A stretch of DNA of 34,545 nt from Candidatus Omnitrophota bacterium (GCA_015233495.1 JADFXQ010000018.1:1-34545); one strand, 5' to 3'. Counted from the stretch's first letter, positions 7,599-19,351 are shown. Translations and numbers: made by a program. The notes: generated by a model from the sequence alone, not told the origin.

Positions 7599-10500
7599 AT
7601 GATTATTTCTGAAACAAAAAAACAAGGGCTTTATAACCCTGCTACCGAGCATGACGCTTGCGGGGTGGGGTTTGTGGCGCAGATTAAGGGAAAGCAAACG
7701 CATCAGATTATTCTCGACGGCATTCAGATCTTGGAAAATTTGACGCACCGCGGCGCGACCGGATCGGACGCGAAGACCGGTGACGGCGCGGGGCTGCTTT
7801 TACAGATGCCGGATAAGTTTTTGCGTAAGGAATGCGAAAGGCTGCGTATCGCCTTGCCGGGTTTTGGGGATTATGGCTGCGGGATAGTTTTTTTGCCTAC
7901 GGTTCTGGAGGCGCGCAACACGATCCAAAAATGGCTGGAGCAGATTGTGCGCGAAGAAGGACAAAGACTGCTGGGCTGGCGCGCTGTACCGCATAATCCT
8001 GAGGCAATCGGCACGGTGGCGCGGTCGCTGATGCCGGATTTTAAGCAGGTTTTTATCGGCCGGGGACCGGACACCCTTCCGGAAATGTTTGATCGCAAAC
8101 TTTTTGTGATCCGCAAACGGCTGTATACCAAGGTGCGGGCCTCGGTTTTGGACCAGCGCCGTTATTATTACGTTTGTTCTTTGTCGTCGAAAACTATGGT
8201 TTATAAAGGGCAGCTGATGGCGGAACAGCTGCGGGGATTTTTTCCGGATTTGGAATCCCCGGATATGGAATCCGCGCTGGCTTTGGTCCATTCGCGGTAC
8301 AGTACCAACACATTTCCTTCGTGGGGCTTGGCGCATCCGTTTCGGCTGATCGCGCATAACGGCGAGATCAACACTTTGCGCGGCAATGTCAACTGGATGC
8401 GGGCTCGGGAAAAACAGTTTCGCTCTCCGGCGTTTGGCGAGGATATTAAAAAAATTTCCCCGGTGGTCGCGCCGGATTTGAGTGATTCCGCGACGTTTGA
8501 TAATGCCTTGGAGATGCTGGTTTTATCCGGCCGCAGTTTGCCGCACGCGATCATGATGATGATCCCGGAAGCGCACAGCGGCCATGAGTCGATGGACGCG
8601 GCGAAGAAGGCGTTTTATGAATATCATTCTTGTTTGCTGGAACCGTGGGACGGCCCGGCATCGATTGCGTTCAGCGATGGACGGTATATTGGAGCGGTCT
8701 TGGACCGCAATGGCCTGCGGCCGTCGCGGTTTTTGGTTACCAAAGATGATGTGGTGGTGATGGCGTCGGAAACTGGCGTGCTGGATATTCCGGCGGCTAA
8801 TGTTTTGACCAAGGGCCGGCTTCAGCCGGGAAAAATGTTTCTGGTGGACACGCGCGAAGGCCGGATCATCGATGACGCGGAGTTGAAAAAAGATTACGCC
8901 TCCCGCCAGCCTTACGGCGAATGGATCAAAGACAACGTGGTGGATCTGGACGCTTTGCCGGATCCGGAGCAATATCCGGGATATGAAGCTAAAACTATCC
9001 TCGAGCGGCAGCGCGCTTTTGGGTATACGATCGAAGATTTGAAAGTTGTGTTTCACCCGATGGTCACCAGCGGCATTGAAGCGACCGGGTCAATGGGCAA
9101 TGACACGCCTTTGGCGGTTTTGTCGAAACGGCCGCAACTGCTGTACAATTATTTTAAACAATTGTTCGCCCAAGTCACCAATCCGCCGATCGACGCTATT
9201 CGCGAAGAAATTGTCATGTCGGAAGAAGTGATGCTGGGAGCAGAAGGCAATCTTTTGGCAGAGACCCCGGAGCATTGCCGGCGCTTGCGTCTGCGGCGGC
9301 CGATTTTGACGAATAAAGATCTGGAAAAAATCAAACAAGTCCACCGGCCGGGTTTAACCAACGCGGTTTTGCCGATTAGCTTTCCGGTTGCCGCCGGTAC
9401 TCAAGGGCTGGCCGCGGCTATGGAGGAGTTGTTTCAGGAGGCGGACGCCGCGATAGAACAAGGGCATGCCATTTTGATTTTATCAGACCGCGGCGTGAAT
9501 AAAGACCAGGCTCCGATCCCGGCTTTGCTGGCTTGCGCGGGCTTGCATCATCATTTGATCCGTAAGCAGAACCGCACCAAGGTGAGTATTGTGGTTGAAA
9601 CCGGCGAAGCGCGGGAGATGCATCATTTCGGGGTTTTGATCGGCTATGGCGCTAACGCGGTTAATCCGTATCTAGCTTTGGAAACTATCCAACAGGAAGT
9701 GGAGAAGGGCGTTTATCCGCCGGGATTGACCTATTACGACGCGCTTAAAAATTATGTGAAGAGCACGCGCAAAGGTTTGTTGAAAATTATTTCCAAGATG
9801 GGAATTTCTACGATTCAATCTTATTGCGGAGCGCAGATTTTTGAGGCGGTAGGGCTCAATGAGGAATTCGTCGAGCAATATTTTACCGCTACCCCGTCGC
9901 GGATTGGCGGTATCGGGATTGACACGATTGCCCGGGAGGTGTTGCTGCGGCATGAGGCGGCGTTTCCCCGGGAAGAAAAACGCCAAGATCAAATGTTAGA
10001 CGTGGGCGGTGATTATCAATGGCGGATATCCGGAGAATATCATCAGATCAATCCGGAAACCATTGCTAAGTTGCATTTCGCGGTGAGGACAAAGAATAAA
10101 GCGGCTTATGACAAATTCGCGGCGTATTTGAACAACCGCGAAACCAATTTGGCGAGTATCCGCGGTTTGCTGCGCTTTAAGCCGGGGAAAGCTGTTCCGT
10201 TGGCGGAGGTGGAGCCGGCCGCGGAAATCGTCAAGCGTTTCGCAACGGGCGCCATGTCTTATGGCTCGATTTCCAAAGAGGCGCATGAGTGCATGGCAAT
10301 TGCCATGAACCGGTTGGGCGGATTTTCCAACACCGGTGAGGGCGGGGAAGATCCCGAGCGGTTTAAACGCGACGCGAACGGCGACTGGCGCCGCAGCCGG
10401 ATCAAGCAGGTGGCGCAGGGCCGGTTTGGCGTGACGATTGAATATTTGGCAAATTCGGATCAGATGCAGATCAAGATGGCGCAGGGCGCGAAACCCGGAG

Positions 10501-12170
10501 AGGGCGGACAATTGCCCGGGCATAAGGTGAGCAAGGAAATCGCCCATACCCGGCACACTACGCCGGGCGTGCAATTGATTTCGCCGCCGCCGCATCATGA
10601 TATTTATTCGATCGAGGATTTGGCGCAATTGATTTATGATTTGAAAAACGCTAATCCCGAAGCGGACGTGAGTGTCAAATTGGTTTCGGAAGTCGGCGTG
10701 GGCACGGTTGCGGCGGGGGTGTCCAAGGGCAAGGCGGATCATGTTTTGATCAGCGGGTATGAAGGCGGGACAGGCGCTTCGCCGCAGACCTCGATCAAAC
10801 ACGCAGGTTTGCCGATGGAATTGGGCATCGCGGAAACCCAGCAGGTTTTGGTGATGAATGATTTGCGCGGCCGGATCCGCGTGCAGGCGGACGGCCAGAT
10901 CCGCACCGGCAGAGACGTGGTGATTACGGCGATGTTGGGAGCGGATGAGTTCGGGTTCGCGACTATCGCCTTGATTTCTTTAGGGTGCATGATGCTGCGC
11001 AAGTGCCATCAAAATGCCTGTTCCGTCGGGATTGCCACCCAGGATCCGGAATTGCGCAAGAAATTTAAAGGACAGCCCGAGCATCTGGTGAATTATTTTA
11101 TGTTTGTCGCAGAGGAAATCCGGGAAATCATGGCGAGTCTGGGATTTCGGAAATTCGAGGATATGGTAGGTCGTTCAGATATGCTGGACGCGGTAGACGC
11201 CATCGAACATTGGAAGGCCAAGGGATTTGATCTTACCAACATTTTGCATCAGCCGGACGTGCCGGAATATGTGGCGCGGCGGCACACCGGCCGACAGAAT
11301 CATGGTTTGGAAAAAGTTTTGGACCGGGAGTTAATTCGTTTATGCTCGGCGGCGATTGAGAAAAAACAACCGGTAACGCTGGATATGCCGATCCGCAATA
11401 TTAACCGTACGGTAGGCACGACGTTGAGCTCAACGATTGCTAAAAAATATGGTCTGGAAGGTTTACCGAAAGACACTATTCAAATCACGTTTCGCGGTTC
11501 CGCCGGCCAGAGTTTTGGCGCGTTTTTAAGCCAGGGCGTGACGCTGAATTTGATCGGCGACGCGAATGATTATCTGGGCAAAGGCTTATCCGGCGGCCGG
11601 ATCGTGGTGGTGCCGCCCACCGGTGACGGAGTGACGCTGGTGCCGGAGCGGAATATTATCGTTGGAAACGTCCTGCTCTATGGCGCGGTGGTTGGCGAGG
11701 CGTTTATTCGCGGAATTGCCGGCGAGCGTTTCGCGGTGCGCAATAGCGGGGCGGCCGCGGTGGTGGAAGGCGTAGGCGATCATGGATGCGAATATATGAC
11801 GGGCGGCCGGGTGGTGGTGTTGGGTCCGACGGGTCGGAATTTCGCGGCTGGCATGAGCGGCGGGATCGCTTATGTTTGGGACAGACAGGGGGATTTTAAA
11901 GTCCGTTGTAATAAAGAAATGGTCGAGCTGTTCGCGGTTGAGCATAAAAAAGATTGCGCGGAACTGCACCGGTTGATCACGAAACATTTTAAGTACACGC
12001 AGAGCACGGTCGCGAAATATGTTCTCGATCATTGGCAGGAGGAGCTGGCGAAATTCGTCAAGATTTTCCCGGCGGATTATCGCAAGGTTTTGGAAACCAT
12101 GCCGGAGCTGGGAGAGATCCATTTAGACGATGACGCGGATGAGGATGCTTTGAGTTATAGCGACGGGTAA
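7599..12170 (+). CDS. gltB: glutamate synthase large subunit
   Basis: HDA-CGVGF Ntn nucleophile, [43 protein letters not shown] 3Fe-4S motif, GXGXG C-terminal domain. Confidence 0.98.
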   Translation: MIISETKKQGLYNPATEHDACGVGFVAQIKGKQTHQIILDGIQILENLTHRGATGSDAKTGDGAGLLLQMPDKFLRKECERLRIALPGFGDYGCGIVFLPTVLEARNTIQKWLEQIVREEGQRLLGWRAVPHNPEAIGTVARSLMPDFKQVFIGRGPDTLPEMFDRKLFVIRKRLYTKVRASVLDQRRYYYVCSLSSKTMVYKGQLMAEQLRGFFPDLESPDMESALALVHSRYSTNTFPSWGLAHPFRLIAHNGEINTLRGNVNWMRAREKQFRSPAFGEDIKKISPVVAPDLSDSATFDNALEMLVLSGRSLPHAIMMMIPEAHSGHESMDAAKKAFYEYHSCLLEPWDGPASIAFSDGRYIGAVLDRNGLRPSRFLVTKDDVVVMASETGVLDIPAANVLTKGRLQPGKMFLVDTREGRIIDDAELKKDYASRQPYGEWIKDNVVDLDALPDPEQYPGYEAKTILERQRAFGYTIEDLKVVFHPMVTSGIEATGSMGNDTPLAVLSKRPQLLYNYFKQLFAQVTNPPIDAIREEIVMSEEVMLGAEGNLLAETPEHCRRLRLRRPILTNKDLEKIKQVHRPGLTNAVLPISFPVAAGTQGLAAAMEELFQEADAAIEQGHAILILSDRGVNKDQAPIPALLACAGLHHHLIRKQNRTKVSIVVETGEAREMHHFGVLIGYGANAVNPYLALETIQQEVEKGVYPPGLTYYDALKNYVKSTRKGLLKIISKMGISTIQSYCGAQIFEAVGLNEEFVEQYFTATPSRIGGIGIDTIAREVLLRHEAAFPREEKRQDQMLDVGGDYQWRISGEYHQINPETIAKLHFAVRTKNKAAYDKFAAYLNNRETNLASIRGLLRFKPGKAVPLAEVEPAAEIVKRFATGAMSYGSISKEAHECMAIAMNRLGGFSNTGEGGEDPERFKRDANGDWRRSRIKQVAQGRFGVTIEYLANSDQMQIKMAQGAKPGEGGQLPGHKVSKEIAHTRHTTPGVQLISPPPHHDIYSIEDLAQLIYDLKNANPEADVSVKLVSEVGVGTVAAGVSKGKADHVLISGYEGGTGASPQTSIKHAGLPMELGIAETQQVLVMNDLRGRIRVQADGQIRTGRDVVITAMLGADEFGFATIALISLGCMMLRKCHQNACSVGIATQDPELRKKFKGQPEHLVNYFMFVAEEIREIMASLGFRKFEDMVGRSDMLDAVDAIEHWKAKGFDLTNILHQPDVPEYVARRHTGRQNHGLEKVLDRELIRLCSAAIEKKQPVTLDMPIRNINRTVGTTLSSTIAKKYGLEGLPKDTIQITFRGSAGQSFGAFLSQGVTLNLIGDANDYLGKGLSGGRIVVVPPTGDGVTLVPERNIIVGNVLLYGAVVGEAFIRGIAGERFAVRNSGAAAVVEGVGDHGCEYMTGGRVVVLGPTGRNFAAGMSGGIAYVWDRQGDFKVRCNKEMVELFAVEHKKDCAELHRLITKHFKYTQSTVAKYVLDHWQEELAKFVKIFPADYRKVLETMPELGEIHLDDDADEDALSYSDG

Positions 12171-12306
12171 ATCGTGATGGGTTCGTACCTTTTGGCGCGC
12201 GGTTTTGGTTGCGGAGTGCCGCTGGTTTCGACGCTGGAGCGTTGTTGTGGAAATTGTATAAAAGTATTTAGCTGCTTGTGTCTTGTGTCTATAAAAAGAG
12301 GAGCTT

Positions 12307-13728
12307 ATGGGCGAAGTCAAGGGATTCATGACTATTGACCGGAAGGATTTTAGCAAGGAGCCGGTTGCGAAACGGTTAAAACATTGGGACGAATTTACCC
12401 AACGTTTGCCAGAAGCGGATTTGCAAAAACAAGGCAGCCGGTGTATGGATTGCGGCGTGCCGTTTTGTCATTGGGGCTGTCCGGTCAGTAATATTATTCC
12501 GGATTGGAATGATCTGGTTTATCAGGGACGCTGGGAAGAGGCGTTGGAGCGTTTGCATAAGACGAATAATTTCCCGGAAATTACCGGACGGATCTGTCCG
12601 GCGCCGTGCGAAAATTCTTGCGTGCTGGGATACAATTATCCGGCGGTGTCGATTAAAAATATCGAGTTGTCGATCATTGAAAAAGCGTTTGAGCAAGGCT
12701 GGGTGGTGCCCAGGCCGCCCAAGACGCGCACCGGAAAAAAAGTCGCGGTAATCGGCGCCGGGCCGGCGGGTTTGGCGGCCGCGGACCAATTGAATAAATA
12801 TGGTCACAGCGTTACGGTCTATGAGAAGAACGAGGAGGTCGGCGGGATTTTGCGCTTCGGCATTCCGGATTTTAAGCTGAATAAAAATGTGATCCGCCGC
12901 CGGGTGAAGTTGATGGAACAGGAAGGCGTGGTCTTTAAAACCAAGACGCACGTCGGCATCGACGTGAAATTGGATGACCTGCGCCGCAAATTTGACGCGG
13001 TCCTGTTGAGCGGCGGCGCGGAAAAATGCCGCGACCTGACAATTCCCGGACGGGAATTTAAAGGCGTATATCAGGCCATGGAATATCTGCCCCAGCAGAA
13101 CCGAATCAACAGCGGTTGGAAAATTCCGGCAGGGCAGCGCATTGACGCCAAAGGCAAACGCGTGGTCGTGCTGGGCGGCGGTGATACGGGCGCGGATTGC
13201 GTAGGCACTGCCAACCGGCAAGGCGCTTTATCAGTGAAACAATTTGAACTTATGCCCAAACCTCCCCAGGAACGTTCGGCAGACAATCCTTGGCCACAAT
13301 GGGCCTTGATTGAACGCACCTCGACTTCGCATGAAGAGGGTGTGGAACGCGATTATTGCATTGCCACCAAAAGTTTTAGCGGCGCGAACGGCATACTGCA
13401 AAAATTACACGCGGCGCGTCTTGAATTTGGCGAAAAAGACAGCCAAGGCCGCCGTCCCATGAAAGAAATCCCGGGCTCGGAATTCACCGTGGAATGCGAT
13501 TTGGTGTTTTTAGCCATGGGTTTTCTCGGCCCGGTCACCGACGGCATGATCAAAGACACCGGGATCGTACTCGACGAGCGCGGGAATATAAAAACCGGCA
13601 AGAATTATATGTCGAGCCTATCCGGTATTTTCGCGGCCGGTGATATGCGCCGGGGCCAATCCCTGGTAGTTTGGGCCATCAACGAAGGCTGCAGCGCCGC
13701 GGAAAATATTAACCAGTGGCTGAAATAG
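12307..13728 (+). CDS. gltD: glutamate synthase small subunit
   Basis: [31 protein letters not shown] and [14 protein letters not shown] motifs; follows gltB. Confidence 0.97.
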   Translation: MGEVKGFMTIDRKDFSKEPVAKRLKHWDEFTQRLPEADLQKQGSRCMDCGVPFCHWGCPVSNIIPDWNDLVYQGRWEEALERLHKTNNFPEITGRICPAPCENSCVLGYNYPAVSIKNIELSIIEKAFEQGWVVPRPPKTRTGKKVAVIGAGPAGLAAADQLNKYGHSVTVYEKNEEVGGILRFGIPDFKLNKNVIRRRVKLMEQEGVVFKTKTHVGIDVKLDDLRRKFDAVLLSGGAEKCRDLTIPGREFKGVYQAMEYLPQQNRINSGWKIPAGQRIDAKGKRVVVLGGGDTGADCVGTANRQGALSVKQFELMPKPPQERSADNPWPQWALIERTSTSHEEGVERDYCIATKSFSGANGILQKLHAARLEFGEKDSQGRRPMKEIPGSEFTVECDLVFLAMGFLGPVTDGMIKDTGIVLDERGNIKTGKNYMSSLSGIFAAGDMRRGQSLVVWAINEGCSAAENINQWLK

Positions 13729-13739
13729 GACTCCGTCCC

Positions 13740-14021
13740 TTAGACCTTTACGGGTACTAAACGGCCGACGACATATTTGTGGAGTATGCTGGACATAAGT
13801 GTTTGATAGGGTATGCCTTCTTCCGCGGCGCGGGAACGCAGGCCGTCTAAATCGCGAGTTGCGATGCGGATGTTGACTCGGCTGTCTTTACGCAGGGTCT
13901 GCGCGGCTGCCATTCGGATAAGTTTTGCTTCTTTGTCGAAATCTTTGCTTGGTTTCCATTTTCCCTGCTCGAAAGATTCTAAAATATCTTTTTCTTCTGG
14001 ATCAAGTTTATAATTTTTCAT
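13740..14021 (-). CDS. BrnA/CopG-like (RHH) antitoxin
   Basis: C-terminal RVNIRI...AAEEGIPYQTLMSSILHKYV RHH-type motif; overlaps the 3' end of the upstream toxin gene. Confidence 0.8.
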   Translation of the reverse strand: MKNYKLDPEEKDILESFEQGKWKPSKDFDKEAKLIRMAAAQTLRKDSRVNIRIATRDLDGLRSRAAEEGIPYQTLMSSILHKYVVGRLVPVKV

Positions 14022-14298
14022 AATTGCCTCCCGGGTTAAAATAATTTTTTGTTGCTTTGCGGCTGGGAATAATTGTTTTTAGGAAGTACCCTTCTGTTGT
14101 TTTCACGCAAGGCACAATGTAAATATAATTACGCCAACAGACGATCATTAATTTTTGATGAGGGTATTTATTGTGATTTGGATGGTCGATTAAATCAATC
14201 AGCCCATTGTTTTCCAGCGCAATGGCGATTTCTTCGAAACGAATACCGCGTTCTTCTTCCAATCGGTTGTTTTTCGCGTCATTCCAATCAAGGATCAT
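14008..14298 (-). CDS. BrnT-like type II toxin (ribonuclease)
   Basis: WNDAKN..L.EERGIRFEE N-terminus and LKTIIPSRKATK C-terminus; 96 aa, AT-rich. Confidence 0.8.
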   Translation of the reverse strand: MILDWNDAKNNRLEEERGIRFEEIAIALENNGLIDLIDHPNHNKYPHQKLMIVCWRNYIYIVPCVKTTEGYFLKTIIPSRKATKNYFNPGGNYEKL

Positions 14299-14304
14299 AA
14301 TAAA

Positions 14305-14333
14305 AATATACTACAATGTGTGCCTTTTGTCAA
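14305..14333 (-). promoter_or_regulatory. sigma70 promoter, probably giving a leaderless brnT-like transcript
   Basis: Minus strand TTGACA-17 bp-TATATT, 6 nt before the ATG at 14298. Confidence 0.7.
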
Positions 14334-14434
14334 TTATTTCTCAAAAACTTGTTTTTTCGCAAAAATGTGCTATATTTGAAACGCTTTTTGATTTATTAAG
14401 CTCTAAAACCCCATATTGACAAGGAGTTAACATC

Positions 14435-17400
14435 ATGAGGTGCCGCTTCTCCCGTAGCCGTAAAAGTTTGTTACGCCGTATTTTTCATGCAGTATTTTTG
14501 CTGGTTTTTCTATTCAGTTCCGTGACGCCCGGGTTTACGCAGAATGTTTTTATGCCCGCGCCCGGCACTATGCTGGCACAGTCAGTGGGTTATGTTCCGG
14601 CCATGATCCGGGGTTTAGTCATCCACCCGGAAAACCCATTGTTGATTGATTTTATCGTTGACAGCGGCCGCGATAAAATCAAAGGCGAGGCCTTGAAGAA
14701 AGAAACCCTCAGGCTGATCCGTTATTTTATGGCGTCTTTAACGGTCCCGGAAAAAGAAATGTGGGTCAATCTTTCGCCCTACGAAAAGAACCGCATTATT
14801 CCCGAGGCGTTCGGCAAAACCGAAATGGGCCGCGATTTACTGGTTCAAGACTATATTTTGAAACAACTCACTGCTTCCTTGATGTATCCGGAGCGCGAGC
14901 TGGGCAAGAATTTCTGGCAGAAGGTTTATAGTCAAGCCAAGGCAAAATTCGGCACCGACGAACTTCCTTATAATACGTTCAACAAAGTCTGGATTGTCCC
15001 GCAAGACGCGGCTGTATATCAGAATGGGACCAAAGTTTTGATCGTAAAAACCCATCTGAAAGTTATGCTGGAACAAGATTATTTGGCGATGTCAAAGGCA
15101 AAAAACGAGGGCAACAATTCCCTTTCCAGCGCAGCGCAGGGAGGCCTGCCTGCCGGTAGGCATGGGGAAGGGGCGGGGGTCAGCGCGGCAGTCAAAGAAG
15201 TGTTGATTCCGGCCATTGAAAAGGAAGTCAATGAAGGCAAGAATTTCGCAAATCTGCGGCAGATTTATAATTCCATGATTCTGGCCGCGTGGTACAAAAT
15301 CAATTTGCGGGAAAGTATTTTAGGCAAGGTTTACGCCGACCAGAACAAGGTCGTCGGGGTTGATCACAATAATCCAAAAGCCAAGGAAGAAATTTATCAG
15401 CAATATGTGCAGGCCTTTAAAAAAGGCGCGTTCGATTATATCAAGGAGGAAGAAAACCCAACCACCGAAGAAACCACCTCCCGCCATTATTTTTCCGGCG
15501 GGGTCACTATGGCGGATCTTGAAGATAGAGTAACAGGACAAATGTCCGGCCCGCGGTCCAGCCCTATCCGGTTGGCTGAAGCGGCGCGGGTCATAAGCAG
15601 TCCGGCCGGAGAACAAAGTGTAGCGCAAGTGGCCCTGGCGGAAGTACCGGATAGTTCTTCGCCGTCCGCGACTGCCGCGGCAGTGACAGCGGATAATCGT
15701 CGGGGATTTGTTATTCAATCGGTGAGAGAGGTTTATCAGGGCAAGATGGAATATACTTTAAATTATCCCGATGGTGAACCCGCCGGACATTTCTCTTTAG
15801 TTAAACATAATTACCAAGGCATCCAAGGAACACAGGCCGTATTCGATGGTAGATGGAGCGTAATACCGCGTGTCAAATTTATACATGCCGAGGGCGAATT
15901 ACCGGCACTCACCGATGCGGTGAAAATATTGTTCAGTCCACAAGATTATTCTGATGCTCAAAAAAGCGAAGCATTGGATACCGTCATCACACATATCCAA
16001 ACCCCGGTAGCCACCTCATCGCAGGCCGGAGCCAGCCTGACCTCGGATGAAGACGAGTTAGGTTCGCCGGCGAGTTCTTCCGCAGTCTCCGCCAGCGGGG
16101 AGGTTGGGAAAGGGTTTTTCGGACGTTCCCGAGATCGGGTTGTTCCGATTGTTTTGCGCATTACACATGGCCGTTATCAACGGTTTTTACAAAAATTGAG
16201 AATTTTACCACAATCTCAAATTCCAACAGCGGATGATTTGATAGCTCGTGATCCGCGGAGATTACGCATCGGGCGCAGTCTGCGTTTTGACGCAAACGGG
16301 TATCAGACTTGGGATTTACCGCATGGGATTTCTTTAATGAAAATGTTGGAAGCCATCAAAGAATATGATATTCGCGGTTTGGACGGCGGAGATGACGTGA
16401 AATTCCCGCAACAAATTGATGAACGCGGATGGCGTTGGTTTGGCCGGGGTTTAGCCAGTATTCCGTTTACATCCGCGGCTCACGATGGACAGACTGTGGG
16501 TCTGGATCCGGGAGACTTTTTTCTGATTGCCGGAGATAATGGCCCGTCTACCGGTGGCTTGCCTGAACAAGTCATAGATGAAGCCGGGAACCTGGTGCCG
16601 AATAAGGACATTTTTGATGCGACCGGCAAACGTCTGCCCAATGTTAAGGCCGCGGTCGCGGAAGGTTTAATGGATACCGGGGTTCATGTCATTGATTTAG
16701 GGATTGTCGGTGCCGGGGCTTTGTACGGCACGATCGACGGATTGTTGGCGGATTTAAAAAAAGATCCCGAAGCTTTTCGGCAAAAATTGGCAGATGCCGG
16801 GATCATTTTATCGGATGAGATGTTCGCGAATTTAAAAAAAGCGAAAGGCGGTCTTTATATCACCCGTAGTCACGTTGAGGTAGGGACCAACGGGATCAAA
16901 CCGAACATCGACGGGATTACGCTTTACGCGGAAATGCTGCAAGCATTGAAGCCATTTATCCTACGTGGTGTCTATCGCGATATTGAGCAATTGGGCGGCC
17001 AGCGCGGCAAATTGATTCAGGACCCGGTGGTAAGGGAAGCGGCCTTGAATATTTACGAGGCTGGTTTGAAACAACAGTTTAAAGAATTGCGTGCTTCTCT
17101 CGACGCCTTGGATCAGCTGGGGCGGGAGCAAGCTCAAAGAGAAGGCAAAAAATATCAACCCAGAATGATCGTTGTCAATTTTAGCGGTGGGTCATTGGCC
17201 GAGACTCGGAGAGCTTCGGGTGAGCAATTTTATGTGAAATTGATGCAAGATATTTTAGGCCCGCATTTAAAACCCATCTTAAGAAGAGAAAGTGACCCCT
17301 GGAACCGGAACGGCGGGTTGGCTGACCCGACGCGGGAAGACGCGTTGGGCGATAAGAAAATGAATGTGATCAAAATTTCCAAAGAAAATCCGCAAGATTT

Positions 17401-19291
17401 GATTTTGAATTTCGACTTAGACGCGGACCGCATCAGCATTTTGGAAGACGGACAATTGTTTTTAGGGGATGAAGAATTCTACCCGGTGATTGAATATTTG
17501 TTGACCTTAGACAAATATCAGCAGATTTACCGGGAAGAAGTTCCGATTTATTTTGATTCCAGGATGAAATCGGAATTGGCAGCTTTGGTGCGCAAGGTCG
17601 GCGGGATTGCGAAAATTCACCCCAAAGGCCATTCCAAAGTCAAGGCGACGATTGACCGGGAGTTTAAGAAATTGATCAATCGTTGGGCGGCCAAAACCGG
17701 TCAGCCGGCGACAAAAGAGGCTTTTTTAGCCGCGCATCCGGATTTTCAAATCGTCCAGGCGGAATATTCTCTGCATATGTTCATGACGGACAACCGCGGC
17801 AATGCCTTTGATGACGCGGTCCGTTTTGGATTTTTTTGGCTGCATGCCTTTACGCAACTGCAACTTGCTCGTCAAAAAACCATGACTTTAGCGGGATATG
17901 TTCAGGGTTGGAAAGAAGGCCCAAATGGCATTGCGCCAAGCCATCAGGTGAAAGAGCAACGCACGTCTGTCGCGTTTACCGCCCAAGGGGAAGACGGCCA
18001 AACCAAGCTCGTGCCGGTTGGGAATGATATTAAAATGGGATTGATTTATCGCATGACCGACAAGGTGCGGGACCATTTCAAAGATCGCGGCGCGGAATTT
18101 GAATATGTCGAAGATTGGCATGATTATACCGGAAACAACAAACGGTTCACGTTAGTTAATGTGGAGGGGGTTTATCATTTATTCGTTATTGACCCGGCGA
18201 CAAAGAAGCTTTTGGGCGAAGTGTTTTGGGGGTGGTCCAATACATCTAACAAAGTGGCGTTTGGCACGCAAAGTTTTTCTCCGGAAATCAATAAGCAAAT
18301 CGCTGAAGCTACGGTGGCTCTGTTGGTGCACAGCCGTGATGAGATCGGGAAGGAATTTAAAAAGAATTTGATCCCAATCGAGGACAAAGAAACCGGCGCG
18401 TTACGAGACGTGTTCGGCCTGCCGAATGCGGTCGCGATCGAACAACAAGCCACAACCAAATTGCCGGATGCCGCTGCCGCGATTCATCAGCTGGAAACGC
18501 TGAATGAAAAATCTAAAGCGGCCCACTCCACCAGCAGTCCGGCGGATAACATGATAAGTGATAGAGTTATTGATCGTGGGGAAAGACAATGGGTTATAAA
18601 AGAAAATGGGGGGGAACTGGGGATGTTGAAGGCGCGTTTTTTCCGCGATTCTGATGTAACGAGCGTTTCTTATGTATCAGGGGAAAATACCTCTGGGCCC
18701 AAAATTATACCGGGGGATCATAGTAATGATGATTGGCGGCAACTATTGGAGGTCGCCCACTCCGCCAGCAGTCCGGCGGACTCCCGCACATATGATTTGG
18801 GAGGCGGCATATATTTAGAAGTCCATTATTATCCCGGAAGCAATGAGACGCAGGTTATTCACAGCGGCAAAGGGCGGCCCGGGGAAAAAGGTTATGTCCC
18901 GCCGGCCAATAGGATTTTCTCCGGAAATCTGACTAATTTTCCAGTATCTGCGCTCGAAAGATTGATCAGCAGTTCACCGGCGACGGCGGCGTCGGAGGTC
19001 GGCGGTATCAATTTTGATTCTTCCTTAGTTAATTGGCAGATCAAACGCGACCCTAACGGCGTGCCAATGCCATTGAATCAACAGCCGATTCCGATGATGA
19101 AGATTAAGGGATTTTTGCCGGTGTTCCTGAAATGGATTTCGGTTCCGTCTTTGCCGGCGTTTTTGGGCTTATCCGGATTACAACCTATTCCCGTCGGGCA
19201 GAGGATTTCCGCGGCGTCACCTGTGCCGTTGAGTCCCGGCCGGGAAAGTCACATCATTGAACTCGCGAAAGCCAAACCTACGGAGGAATAA
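14435..19291 (+). CDS. large secreted modular protein with embedded phosphomannomutase/phosphoglucomutase-like domain
   Basis: Basic plus hydrophobic N-terminus (signal peptide); N-terminal domain of about 355 aa ending YFSGG; KEYDIRG, ITRSH, DLDADR, EYSLH and SNT phosphohexomutase motifs; SSP linkers; C-terminal GGINFD...QIKRD..GVPMP motif; AAGGAG RBS. Confidence 0.85.
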   Translation: MRCRFSRSRKSLLRRIFHAVFLLVFLFSSVTPGFTQNVFMPAPGTMLAQSVGYVPAMIRGLVIHPENPLLIDFIVDSGRDKIKGEALKKETLRLIRYFMASLTVPEKEMWVNLSPYEKNRIIPEAFGKTEMGRDLLVQDYILKQLTASLMYPERELGKNFWQKVYSQAKAKFGTDELPYNTFNKVWIVPQDAAVYQNGTKVLIVKTHLKVMLEQDYLAMSKAKNEGNNSLSSAAQGGLPAGRHGEGAGVSAAVKEVLIPAIEKEVNEGKNFANLRQIYNSMILAAWYKINLRESILGKVYADQNKVVGVDHNNPKAKEEIYQQYVQAFKKGAFDYIKEEENPTTEETTSRHYFSGGVTMADLEDRVTGQMSGPRSSPIRLAEAARVISSPAGEQSVAQVALAEVPDSSSPSATAAAVTADNRRGFVIQSVREVYQGKMEYTLNYPDGEPAGHFSLVKHNYQGIQGTQAVFDGRWSVIPRVKFIHAEGELPALTDAVKILFSPQDYSDAQKSEALDTVITHIQTPVATSSQAGASLTSDEDELGSPASSSAVSASGEVGKGFFGRSRDRVVPIVLRITHGRYQRFLQKLRILPQSQIPTADDLIARDPRRLRIGRSLRFDANGYQTWDLPHGISLMKMLEAIKEYDIRGLDGGDDVKFPQQIDERGWRWFGRGLASIPFTSAAHDGQTVGLDPGDFFLIAGDNGPSTGGLPEQVIDEAGNLVPNKDIFDATGKRLPNVKAAVAEGLMDTGVHVIDLGIVGAGALYGTIDGLLADLKKDPEAFRQKLADAGIILSDEMFANLKKAKGGLYITRSHVEVGTNGIKPNIDGITLYAEMLQALKPFILRGVYRDIEQLGGQRGKLIQDPVVREAALNIYEAGLKQQFKELRASLDALDQLGREQAQREGKKYQPRMIVVNFSGGSLAETRRASGEQFYVKLMQDILGPHLKPILRRESDPWNRNGGLADPTREDALGDKKMNVIKISKENPQDLILNFDLDADRISILEDGQLFLGDEEFYPVIEYLLTLDKYQQIYREEVPIYFDSRMKSELAALVRKVGGIAKIHPKGHSKVKATIDREFKKLINRWAAKTGQPATKEAFLAAHPDFQIVQAEYSLHMFMTDNRGNAFDDAVRFGFFWLHAFTQLQLARQKTMTLAGYVQGWKEGPNGIAPSHQVKEQRTSVAFTAQGEDGQTKLVPVGNDIKMGLIYRMTDKVRDHFKDRGAEFEYVEDWHDYTGNNKRFTLVNVEGVYHLFVIDPATKKLLGEVFWGWSNTSNKVAFGTQSFSPEINKQIAEATVALLVHSRDEIGKEFKKNLIPIEDKETGALRDVFGLPNAVAIEQQATTKLPDAAAAIHQLETLNEKSKAAHSTSSPADNMISDRVIDRGERQWVIKENGGELGMLKARFFRDSDVTSVSYVSGENTSGPKIIPGDHSNDDWRQLLEVAHSASSPADSRTYDLGGGIYLEVHYYPGSNETQVIHSGKGRPGEKGYVPPANRIFSGNLTNFPVSALERLISSSPATAASEVGGINFDSSLVNWQIKRDPNGVPMPLNQQPIPMMKIKGFLPVFLKWISVPSLPAFLGLSGLQPIPVGQRISAASPVPLSPGRESHIIELAKAKPTEE
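15145..15165. repeat. CCTGCC-type short palindrome, 21-nt variant inside a CDS
   Basis: CCTGCCTGCCGGTAGGCATGG, translated within GLPAGRHG. Confidence 0.65.
18521..18780 (+). repeat. 26-bp direct repeat encoding AHS(T/A)SSPAD, 234 nt apart
   Basis: GCCCACTCC(A/G)CCAGCAGTCCGGCGGA at 18521-18546 and 18755-18780. Confidence 0.85.
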
Positions 19292-19318
19292 CCGGAAAAA
19301 GACATAAATGCAGCTGTC

Positions 19319-19351
19319 AAAAAAGGCGACGGGTTTCCCGCCGCCTTTTTT
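19319..19351. terminator. intrinsic terminator, probably bidirectional
   Basis: AAAAAAGGCGACGGG-TTT-CCCGCCGCCTTTTTT. Confidence 0.75.
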
